A DNA stretch of 64,000 nucleotides, taken from NCBI GenBank assembly GCA_000092065.1, contig CP000590.1. One strand, written 5' to 3'. Source of the stretch: Ostreococcus lucimarinus. Its lineage: Eukaryota. Under the pieces are notes generated by a model. The model ran no database searches. It saw only the letters and a list, made by a program, of their open reading frames with translations, and was not told the DNA's origin. The position numbers and the translations under genes were made by a program. Below are positions 19,811 through 28,285 of this stretch, piece after piece (positions within the stretch are counted from its first letter, which is position 1; the number at the start of each line of letters is the position of its first letter).

Positions 19811-20761
19811 ATGTCCGGCGCGTTCCAGGCGTACGAGCGCGTCGTCGCGTGCGCCCGCGGCGGCGGTCTGCGCTGGGACGAGATCGCGTTCGTCGCGCGC
19901 GGGTCGGGCGAGCGCGCGCGCGTCCCGGCGCGCGACGACGTCGAGGCGACGATCGACGCGACGTGGGCGCGCCGCGGCGCGACGGTGTACGACGCGGCGA
20001 AGTTTCGATTCGCGAGCGCGACGACGCGCGACGCCGACGCGACGGACGGCGCGATCGCGCGCGTCGAGTGCGGGCTGACGGATTACAAGACGCTGCAGGG
20101 GACGAATTTGGCGGCGAACTGGGACGCGTTCGCGGCGACGAAGACGAGCGACGACGCGACGACGCGGACGACGTCTGGGTGCGGACGAGCGAGCGCGGCG
20201 ATTGGAACGGCGGCGCGGTTCGCGCACTACGGCATGGCGCTGGGGAATTGCGTGTGCCTGCGGGCGAGCGATGGGAAATTTTTGGCGTTGCGTCGATCGC
20301 GAGACGTCGGCGAGGCGCCGGGGGCGTTGGTGTTTCCGGGAGGACACCCCGAGCCGAAGGACGTCGGCTTCGACGGCGACACCGACGCGATGGATGTGTC
20401 GAGGTACATGTTCGAGAGCGCGCTGTCGGAACTTCGCGAAGAACTCGGGGTGGACGAGGAGCGCGTGCGGCGTCTGCGATGTCTCGGCGTGACGCTTCGC
20501 GTCGTCAACGCGAGGCCGTGCGTCGTGTTTTACGCTCGAACGGCGTTATCGTCGGACGAAATACTGCGGGATTTTTATCCGAACGCAGAGCACGCGTTCG
20601 AGAGCACGCGCGCCGTGGCGCTCGCGATCGATGAGTTTGATCGTTCCGCTATGCCGGGCGACCACGTCGGCGCGCTCGATTTCGTCGCCGTCGCGCTCGC
20701 GCACGACGACGGCGCCGTCGCGCTCGCCGACGACGACCCGCCCTGGCGCCGTAGTTCATAG
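19811..20761 (+). CDS. Nudix hydrolase (NUDT22-like)
   Basis: Nudix-box-like GGHPEPKD...ESALSELREELGV with a long N-terminal domain. ATG at 19811 (MSGAFQAYERV). ORF frame extends upstream to 19490 without an ATG. Confidence 0.6.
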   Translation: MSGAFQAYERVVACARGGGLRWDEIAFVARGSGERARVPARDDVEATIDATWARRGATVYDAAKFRFASATTRDADATDGAIARVECGLTDYKTLQGTNLAANWDAFAATKTSDDATTRTTSGCGRASAAIGTAARFAHYGMALGNCVCLRASDGKFLALRRSRDVGEAPGALVFPGGHPEPKDVGFDGDTDAMDVSRYMFESALSELREELGVDEERVRRLRCLGVTLRVVNARPCVVFYARTALSSDEILRDFYPNAEHAFESTRAVALAIDEFDRSAMPGDHVGALDFVAVALAHDDGAVALADDDPPWRRSS

Positions 20762-20914
20762 AATATATTGTTTGCGTTTCAGTCGTAGTCTCTTTCATCG
20801 CGCGCGCGCCGTTCAGCGCGCGTCGAACCGCTTCCGCGTCGTCGTCGCTCGTCGCGCGCGCGCTCGATCCTCGGGCTTCGCGCCGGACCTCGAGCGCCAT
20901 CGCCGCACTCCTCG

Positions 20915-22954
20915 ATGTCTCCCGGCGCCGGAGCCGCCGCGCCCGCGCGAACGCCGACCAAGCGTTACGCGCAAGACGGTCTGCTACCCCTGAACCACGC
21001 GCGACCGCCGAAGACGCCGCAAAACGCGGAAGATGGCGCGCGATCCAACACCGCCGCGGACGATCAAAATCTAAAGTCGCCCGCGGATGACGCGACGAAC
21101 GAACCGAGCGTGCGCGACATCGTGCGCGCGAACGCGGAAAGAGCGGGGGCGCGGCTGCGCGCGGAAATGCAGGCGAATGCGCGAAGGGAGGCGGCGAGCT
21201 CGAGCCAGACGCTGGAGGAACAGCACGCGCGGGTGACGGCGTTCTTGGCGACGCACCCACACGCGGGACCGTCATTAGACGCGCACAAGCGCATATATCA
21301 ATTGATAGAGGGATTTCCGACCGTGAAAAAGATGATGGATCGCTCGCCAGGGTTGCGCGGGATGCTCGGGAGCGAACGAGGATTGGCGGAACTGACGCGC
21401 GTGTTGTCCAACGGAGGCGAAGGCTTGGCCGAATTGGCGCAAAGTTTCGGGAGCTTGGATGCGAACGAGAACGGGCACGCGAAGAGTGCGGATGATTACA
21501 TCGCGGATTTAAAGATTCTGGAGCAGGCAAAGATTGAGTTGAGGACGTTTCGCGAGCGACAGGAGAATTACATCACCACCGGTATGGCCGCGCCGGTGGT
21601 GGCGCCGAGCGCCGACGACGACGAGCAGTATTTATTAAGTATCGCGAGACGCGGGACGAACGAAGAAACACCGTCTTATATCGACGTGCATCTTCGCGCA
21701 CAAGCGACGAACATGGATACCGCGGTTCCTTTCGTCATCGCGATTGTAGGCTCGACGCTCGCCGCATTGGGCTTAAATCTATTTTATTTCTTGGTGTCTT
21801 TTGTCACGATCACGGCGTTGATACTCGTGGCGCACCGACATGCGAGTTCGCAAGTGACGTACATGTACGGCAAACGAAGGATAGGTACGTCGGCCGCGAT
21901 GACTGTGCATGCCATAGTGCTCGCGTGTGCGTTGCAGTTTTTCTTTGTGTACGTGCCGTTGTTCTTCGGCGTCGCACCGATGACGTGTTTGATCACTACT
22001 TTTGAGTTTGTTTTCACGCCCTGGTTGTTTTACAAAACATATGTTATCGGTCCGGGCTTCGTGCCCACCGGTGTGAGTGATTTTGCGTCGTGGGCGGCGA
22101 CGATGGAACGCGTGAGCGCGACGCAGGGTGGATCCTCGGTCGCGGAGAACGCATCAAAGATGATGATCAACAACCGATATTGCAAGACTTGTCACTGCGC
22201 CAGGCCGCTGCGGTCGAAGCACTGTCCCTTCTGCAATCGTTGCGTGGAAAAGATGGATCACCACTGCCCGATTACGATGACGTGCATTGGTGCGAGGAAT
22301 CAGCGCTGGTTCTTCATGGCAGTACTCTCGATGTTCATCGGTCAGTGTGGATTTCTGCACGTGAGCCACCTGTTTTACAGGATGCTCGTTGATATCGAAG
22401 CTCCGCGCGTCGGTGGCACTGGATTTATGCCCACAGTCGTGACACATTTTTACGTCGTGTTCAACCGCCCGTTCGGCATGATTTTGTACGCGATTGCTTT
22501 CTTGTTCACGATTTACTGCGCCGGCATCCTCGTACGCATGTTCATCGGCGTCTGCGTGAATCTCACAGTGAACGAGATGGAAAACGCGGCAAGATATGAA
22601 TATCTCCAATCGGGCGATCCTGATCGTCCGTATCGCAACGTCTTCGATGCCGGGCCGCGGATCAATTGCATTCAGTTTTGGCGCGACACCGATAAAAAAC
22701 GCGACTGGGACGGATTTTACGTCGCCGCCAAGGAGAAAAAGGCCGACTTACCCGTGGCGCCAAAATTTAGCTATTCTTGGTTTCACAGCACCGCACCAAG
22801 ATTCTTGCGCGCGGTGTTTCAATTTCACTCCGATACCGTGCGATCGCACGGTCACGGTCACTCGCACGGCCACGGTCACTCGCACGGCCACGGCGACGAA
22901 TGTCAACACGACCATCCGCACTCACTGAACCACCCGGGCGACAGCGCGGTGTGA
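20915..22954 (+). CDS. DHHC-type protein S-acyltransferase (palmitoyltransferase) with a His-Gly-Ser repeat tail
   Basis: DHHC-CRD: CKTCHCARPLRSKHCPFCNRCVEKMDHHCPITMTCIGARNQRWFF. At least 4 TM helices. C-terminus HGHGHSHGHGHSHGHGDECQHDHPH, encoded by an 18-nt tandem duplication. N-terminal 280 aa is a soluble extension. Confidence 0.8.
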   Translation: MSPGAGAAAPARTPTKRYAQDGLLPLNHARPPKTPQNAEDGARSNTAADDQNLKSPADDATNEPSVRDIVRANAERAGARLRAEMQANARREAASSSQTLEEQHARVTAFLATHPHAGPSLDAHKRIYQLIEGFPTVKKMMDRSPGLRGMLGSERGLAELTRVLSNGGEGLAELAQSFGSLDANENGHAKSADDYIADLKILEQAKIELRTFRERQENYITTGMAAPVVAPSADDDEQYLLSIARRGTNEETPSYIDVHLRAQATNMDTAVPFVIAIVGSTLAALGLNLFYFLVSFVTITALILVAHRHASSQVTYMYGKRRIGTSAAMTVHAIVLACALQFFFVYVPLFFGVAPMTCLITTFEFVFTPWLFYKTYVIGPGFVPTGVSDFASWAATMERVSATQGGSSVAENASKMMINNRYCKTCHCARPLRSKHCPFCNRCVEKMDHHCPITMTCIGARNQRWFFMAVLSMFIGQCGFLHVSHLFYRMLVDIEAPRVGGTGFMPTVVTHFYVVFNRPFGMILYAIAFLFTIYCAGILVRMFIGVCVNLTVNEMENAARYEYLQSGDPDRPYRNVFDAGPRINCIQFWRDTDKKRDWDGFYVAAKEKKADLPVAPKFSYSWFHSTAPRFLRAVFQFHSDTVRSHGHGHSHGHGHSHGHGDECQHDHPHSLNHPGDSAV

Positions 22955-23112
22955 GTGCGCCAATAGAAACTGATAGCGGGCATAATAAAAAGAGATTGTG
23001 TAATGACGACCTAATACGTCGCGCACGATTCACTCGATTCACTCGATTCGCTCGATTCCCCGCCGCGCTCTGCTTTGCTGTATCCGCTCGTCTCGTACGC
23101 GCGCGGCCGCAC

Positions 23113-25266
23113 ATGTCGGCTTCGAAACGTCCCGGCGCGCGTCCGCGTGCGCACGCGCGCCTCGACGATCGCACCGCCTTCGCTTACGACCTTGAGGCTG
23201 CCAATTACGACGACGACGCGAGTAAGTACGGCAAACGTCGTCGTTCCAGTCGCCATGGATTTGCCAACTGTAATCAGTTTTTGAACACTCTGCGCGCGCT
23301 ATTCGCGCCCACGAGTCGCGTCAACGTCGCACGTTTATGCTGCGCGATCGCAGTGACTGTATTGCTCGCGCAAGTGGCGTCGAAATCGTCGGAGACGGCG
23401 TCGCCGACGCGCGTGGGTACGGAATTAGATTTGGGTTTGCTGCAGGTTGAACCTCCAAAGGGACGCCGAGGCGAAGCCTTGGCGCCGAGCGCGACGAAAC
23501 GATACGCGAAGAGCGCGGATGATTTGCGACGAACGAACGGAGGGTACAGTAGTGGTGCTCCGCGGAACAGGGCGAAGCTGATCCCGCGAATCGTGCATCA
23601 GACGTTCAAGTCGCGCGGGACGCTCACGGAGAAGGACAAGGCGATGATGCAGACGTGGCGAGCGCAGAATCCAGAGTGGGAGATACGGTTCTACGACGAC
23701 GAGGACTGCACGCGGTTCGTGCAGGAGCATTTTCCGGATTATTACGATGCGTATGCGGCGTTGGTGAAGAAGGTAGAACGGAGCGATTTCTTTCGGTATT
23801 TGGTGATTTTGAAGCACGGCGGCGTGTACGCGGACATCGACACTGAGTGTCGAAAGCCTTTGGATGATATGATCGATGCGAAGGACACACTGATCGTCGG
23901 CTGGGAGAACGAGTTCGAATCAGACGCAAAGGCGTACTCGAGACACTTCGTGCGAAGACGACAAGTGTTGAATTGGGCGTTCGCGGGCGCGCCAGGGCAT
24001 CCCGCGCTCCTCGCCGTCGCCGAACACATCAACGCTGGTGCGAAGCGAGTGTTCACCAAGGCTTCGAATCGTAACACGCTAGAGCGTACGGGACCGGGTG
24101 CGTTTACTGATACCATCATGTCGCACTTTGAAGGGCTTCGTACGGGTGGGAAGACGTTTTGGAACGTTCGAGTGTTGCCGAAAGTCGTGCTCGGCACGCA
24201 TCCGCTCGGCGAGGAGGGCGTGAGCCAAAAACACCCAGACGTCGTCATCGCGCACAGATACTCGGGTGGGTGGAAGAAAAAAACTGGCTGGAATGGGAAG
24301 AGGCGCTGGTATGACCACATCGCGATTCTCTGGCACTCGATCATGAGCGATCTTCCGGCGTACCGCGAGAAGCTTGCGGCGCGAGACGAGCACTTTCAAA
24401 TGCCCTTGGTCGATCCGAAGAGGGAGTACCCGGTGACAGCGCTCTGGGAGCCCGCGTTCGATCTCATGACGCCATTGGTTGGCACGATGGAGGAAAACGA
24501 CGCGTCATCAAAAAGCGAGCATCGCAGCGCGGAAGGGTACTGGTTGACACTGTACGGTAGACCGAAAGTGGTGACGCACAGCCCTCTGCGCGCCGGGCAA
24601 AATCCGGCGGAAATCCTTTTTGCCGGTTTGGAGCGACACGCAGGGAAACACATTCCTGAGCGCGCCGTCTTTATTGATATTGGTGCCGGTTTAGGGTATT
24701 ATTCCAACGCAGCCGCATCCCACGGGGACGACGTGTACTCGTACGAGTGGGATGAGACGTTATTAGCAAACTTTAAGACGTCAGTTGAGTACAACAACTT
24801 TGGCGACCATGTGAAAATCAGCGCGGATTTGGGCGAATTGAAGAGCGGCGAGGCGTTTAGGGATATGCTTCTCAAGACGAAAAAGATAGACGCCATGCGT
24901 ATCGCAGGTCGAGGGTATGAGATGGACATTTTAGACGGTTTCAAGATGTTTGTGGCGGCGGGTGATTTTCCTATGGCGTTACTTTTGGAGATGCGCCCGG
25001 CGCTCATTGAGGCGTCAACAAAGCATTCGACCGAGGACATCATCGCCATGTTTCAGTACTTGTGGAGCAATGGCTACACTGATATTGGGCACGTGGGTCC
25101 GGCGTGTGATGGGCGGGGCGTGCGCAAAATCAAGACAAAAGGGCTTAAAAGTCAGTTTGAGAACACGGCGTGGTGCAGAATCGACATTGCGAGCGTCAAA
25201 GGCGTCCTCAGCGCCATGAGCGAGGATGAGTTTGAAACCATCATCATGTTCTCAGATAGACATTGA
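23113..25266 (+). CDS. type II membrane glycosyltransferase (GT32, Och1/DXD sugar-binding type) fused to an FkbM-family methyltransferase domain
   Basis: Signal-anchor VNVARLCCAIAVTVLLAQV. GT32 motifs IPRIVHQTFKS...FFRYLVILKHGGVYADIDTEC. C-terminal FkbM-like FIDIGAGLGYYSNAAASHG...YSYEWDE. The ORF begins at 22777 overlapping the DHHC gene 3' end; ATG at 23113 chosen. Confidence 0.65.
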   Translation: MSASKRPGARPRAHARLDDRTAFAYDLEAANYDDDASKYGKRRRSSRHGFANCNQFLNTLRALFAPTSRVNVARLCCAIAVTVLLAQVASKSSETASPTRVGTELDLGLLQVEPPKGRRGEALAPSATKRYAKSADDLRRTNGGYSSGAPRNRAKLIPRIVHQTFKSRGTLTEKDKAMMQTWRAQNPEWEIRFYDDEDCTRFVQEHFPDYYDAYAALVKKVERSDFFRYLVILKHGGVYADIDTECRKPLDDMIDAKDTLIVGWENEFESDAKAYSRHFVRRRQVLNWAFAGAPGHPALLAVAEHINAGAKRVFTKASNRNTLERTGPGAFTDTIMSHFEGLRTGGKTFWNVRVLPKVVLGTHPLGEEGVSQKHPDVVIAHRYSGGWKKKTGWNGKRRWYDHIAILWHSIMSDLPAYREKLAARDEHFQMPLVDPKREYPVTALWEPAFDLMTPLVGTMEENDASSKSEHRSAEGYWLTLYGRPKVVTHSPLRAGQNPAEILFAGLERHAGKHIPERAVFIDIGAGLGYYSNAAASHGDDVYSYEWDETLLANFKTSVEYNNFGDHVKISADLGELKSGEAFRDMLLKTKKIDAMRIAGRGYEMDILDGFKMFVAAGDFPMALLLEMRPALIEASTKHSTEDIIAMFQYLWSNGYTDIGHVGPACDGRGVRKIKTKGLKSQFENTAWCRIDIASVKGVLSAMSEDEFETIIMFSDRH

Positions 25267-25271
25267 ATCGT

Positions 25272-26063
25272 TTATTTATTTATTCGCGTTGGACTATTGA
25301 GATAAGTCGTGCGCGCCTTCGCCGCGCGTCGTTTGAAACTCACCTCACGGCGTTCGGCGTCCTCCATCGCGCGTCGCCGCCCCTCCTCCGCGCGCGCGTC
25401 CGCTTTAAGTCTGCGCGATCTTGCGAGTTCTATCTCGTTTCGACGCTGCTTTCTGACCTTGTTTTCGACTACCACCTTGTGTGGCGCGATCGGAAGTGCG
25501 ACGATCGCGTCGGACATCTTCTCTGGGGGGCGCAGCGTTCGTGCGGCTTCGCGAAGTTGATCGTCGGCGACCAGGCGCAACGTCTGATACACCTCTTCCT
25601 CCCACGAGCGTCCTCGCCGACGTGCACAATCGAACGTGCGCGCGCACTCTGACTTGACGTGTGCGCACGTCGCATCGCGATCGTCCGAACACTCGCTCTC
25701 AATGCGCGCGAAGACGATGGCTTTGAGCGTCAACGTCGCGAGCCCACTCGCTGGCGCGCAGTCGAGCTCGACGAATCCTCGCAACAAGCGAAACAATCCA
25801 CCGCGAGCGAGGCGCGCGACACTCGGGGCTGGATCGCGACACACGCGCGCGCATACTCTGATGACGTCTCGAACGACAGTTTCGTCGTCACCCGCGACCG
25901 TTGCAGACGCTACGCACGCGCACGCCGCCTCGAGAGCCGCGGTCAACGCCGCGAGGCGAACAGCGATGGGTCCGTCAAGGTAGCGCGTCGCACTTTGCAC
26001 GCGCTCCGCCAACGACGCATCACATTTGTCAATTCCTGTAATCGCTAAGATGGCACCATGCAT
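25272..26063 (-). CDS. hypothetical protein with a basic coiled-coil C-terminus
   Basis: 263 aa with ATG at 26061-26063 (MHGAILAITGIDKCD). Non-biased composition, Cys-rich middle, charged helical tail (ENKVRKQRRNEIELARSRRLKADARAEEGRRRAMED). Confidence 0.4.
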   Translation of the reverse strand: MHGAILAITGIDKCDASLAERVQSATRYLDGPIAVRLAALTAALEAACACVASATVAGDDETVVRDVIRVCARVCRDPAPSVARLARGGLFRLLRGFVELDCAPASGLATLTLKAIVFARIESECSDDRDATCAHVKSECARTFDCARRRGRSWEEEVYQTLRLVADDQLREAARTLRPPEKMSDAIVALPIAPHKVVVENKVRKQRRNEIELARSRRLKADARAEEGRRRAMEDAERREVSFKRRAAKARTTYLNSPTRINK

Positions 26064-26165
26064 ACGAAGACGCGCGGACGCGTCGCGTTGTGCCGCACAA
26101 CTAAATCTTCACACCGCTGCGTTTATTTTTACATGCGTCGTCGTCGTCTCAATCGTCTATCCATG

Positions 26166-26924
26166 TCATTCGTTCCTGATATCGCTCAGGATGTTTTCGA
26201 TATCATCCTTCGTAACGACGCCATCGGCGCCCTTTTGCGCAGCCAAACCGGACAGTCTCTGCATGAGCTTATCCTTGAACCCGGCGAACGCGCTCGCCAT
26301 GTTCATCTGCTGATTCATCGGAAGCGTGGCGAACGCCGCCATCGAGGCGTTTTCCAAACTCTCTCCACTCGCCGCATCGAGCGCACCTTGCGCCTCCAAT
26401 ATCTCCCGCATCGTCGTCGGTACGTCCGCGCCGCACCCATCGCCCTCGCACTCGTCGTCATCGTCATCGTCGTCGCCCTCGCGTCGCCAACGAAACACCC
26501 CGTCCTCGTCGGCGTGCGTCAGCTCGCGCGCCTCTCCGCTCAGAAACGACACCTTCCGCAATTCCGCCTCGAACCCATCCCGCGCGTCGTACAACAACGC
26601 GAACGCCGTCCCCGCCTTCGCCTCCCCCTCCGCGTCCCCTTCGCACACGACGCACGGCCACCACGTCACCGCGACTTCGGTTTCGTCCTCGTCTCGCGCC
26701 TCGCCGTCCTCGCCCCCCTCCCCCCGTCCCGGTTCCACCTCCCACTGCACCTCCAACCGATCGCCCGCGCGCACGCGCCTCCCGAACCGATCCACCGCCA
26801 CCTCGACCGCCGCGCGTCCGTCGCTCGCCGCGTCGTCCGCCCTCGCGCGCTTCACCGCCGCCCCGTCGTCCCTCGTCGCGTCTTCGCCATCCTCGCGTTC
26901 GCGTCGCACCGTCGCGCTCGACAT
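26166..26924 (-). CDS. hypothetical protein (possible Tudor/chromo-barrel-like N-terminal fold, acidic linker)
   Basis: 252 aa with ATG at 26922-26924. Motif GDRLEVQWEVE...VTWWPCVV...GTAFALLYDARDGFEAEL. Poly-Asp linker. Conserved-looking C-terminal helix. Confidence 0.4.
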   Translation of the reverse strand: MSSATVRREREDGEDATRDDGAAVKRARADDAASDGRAAVEVAVDRFGRRVRAGDRLEVQWEVEPGRGEGGEDGEARDEDETEVAVTWWPCVVCEGDAEGEAKAGTAFALLYDARDGFEAELRKVSFLSGEARELTHADEDGVFRWRREGDDDDDDDECEGDGCGADVPTTMREILEAQGALDAASGESLENASMAAFATLPMNQQMNMASAFAGFKDKLMQRLSGLAAQKGADGVVTKDDIENILSDIRNE

Positions 26925-27220
26925 CCTCGCGCGGTCCTATCGCTCGCGCGTCGCGCTTCGGTCGTCGCGTCCGTCCGCGTCGCCGTCGCCGTCGTCGCGC
27001 GTCCGCGTGTCGCGCCGCGCGCGCCGCGCAACCATCCGTCGCGTCGTTCGAATCGCGTTTTGAAATTTGAATTCAAACCGTCGGTGCGAATGCGAAAAAA
27101 ACGCGATACGAACCGTCGCACCCCTATTTTTTTAGGGTCGCGCGAAACGACGCTTCGCGACGCTTTGCCGCTTTGCCGCGCGTCGACCGCGACGCGCGAC
27201 ACACGACGACGACGACGACG

Positions 27221-28192
27221 ATGATGACGACGACGACGACGACGACGACGCTGACGACGCTGACGACGGCGACGCGAGGGACGGCGCGACGCGCGACGCG
27301 AACGGTCGCGCGCGTCGCGCGACCGACTTTCGCGAGGGCGACCGCGGTCGGCGGGGCGTCGCGGACGCGAACGACGCGCGCGCGACGGGGCGGCGCGGTG
27401 GTGACGCGCGCGGACGCGCTGGCGCCGCCGGCGGTGTTCGACGCGGCGTGCGCGGCGAGCGAGAAGAAGAGCGCGCAGGCGCCGACGACGACGCTGACGC
27501 TGGGGTTCGCGGCGGGGGCGTTGATTGGCTTGGGCGCGCTGCTCATGACGTGCGTGGGGGGGGCGTCGCCGGCGTTGGCGGCGAATAATCCCGGGTTGAG
27601 CGCGTTCGTGAAAGGCGCGATCGGGCTCCCGGCGGGGCTGACGATGGTGATTCTGACGGGCGCGGAGCTGTTCACGGGGAACGTCTTCGTGATGCTGAGC
27701 GGGGCGCTGAACGGCGTCGCGAACGAGCGTCAAGTGGCGCGGTCGTGGGCGCTTTCGTACGCTGGGAACTTTGCGGGCTCGGTGTTCATGGCGTACATGG
27801 CGTACACGGCGATGACGGCGGCGTCGCCGGCGGCGAGCGCGGCGGCGGTGGGGATCGCCACGGCGAAGGCGTCGCTGCCGTTTGTCGCGGCGTTCACCAA
27901 GGGCGTGTTGTGCAACTGGCTCGTGTGTCTCGCTGTTTGGGGAACGATGGCGACGACGTCGGTGGCGGGGAAGATTTTGGCGATCTTTTGGCCCATCACC
28001 ATGTTCGTCGCGCTCGGTTTCGAGCACAGCGTGGCGAACATGTTTTTGATTCCGCACGGGATGCTCCTCGGCGCAAACGTTTCGTGGGCGCAGATGATGA
28101 CGGGCAACATCATTCCGGTGACGCTAGGGAACATCGTCGGCGCCGCAGTCTTCGTCGCGGGCGTGCACTGGCTCGCGTACGGTAAGAAGTGA
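27221..28192 (+). CDS. NAR1: formate/nitrite transporter family protein (NAR1-type plastid nitrite transporter)
   Basis: FNT signatures LTGAELFTGN and GFEHSVANMF, six TM helices. N-terminal poly-Thr/Arg transit-peptide-like region encoded by (ACG)n. ORF frame opens at 27173; ATG at 27221. Confidence 0.85.
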   Translation: MMTTTTTTTTLTTLTTATRGTARRATRTVARVARPTFARATAVGGASRTRTTRARRGGAVVTRADALAPPAVFDAACAASEKKSAQAPTTTLTLGFAAGALIGLGALLMTCVGGASPALAANNPGLSAFVKGAIGLPAGLTMVILTGAELFTGNVFVMLSGALNGVANERQVARSWALSYAGNFAGSVFMAYMAYTAMTAASPAASAAAVGIATAKASLPFVAAFTKGVLCNWLVCLAVWGTMATTSVAGKILAIFWPITMFVALGFEHSVANMFLIPHGMLLGANVSWAQMMTGNIIPVTLGNIVGAAVFVAGVHWLAYGKK

Positions 28193-28285
28193 AAGATATT
28201 TTGATCGTTCGATTCGATTCGCAAGTAACCCCTGGTGTAATTAATTTCAACGACGACGATTTCTATGACTGTACGAGGCGCTCTT

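Noticed and set aside
27205-27262. (ACG)n trinucleotide tract considered as a noncoding microsatellite.
   Set aside because: It lies in frame at the N-terminus of the NAR1-like ORF and encodes a poly-Thr transit-peptide-like region. It is treated as coding low complexity rather than a separate feature.
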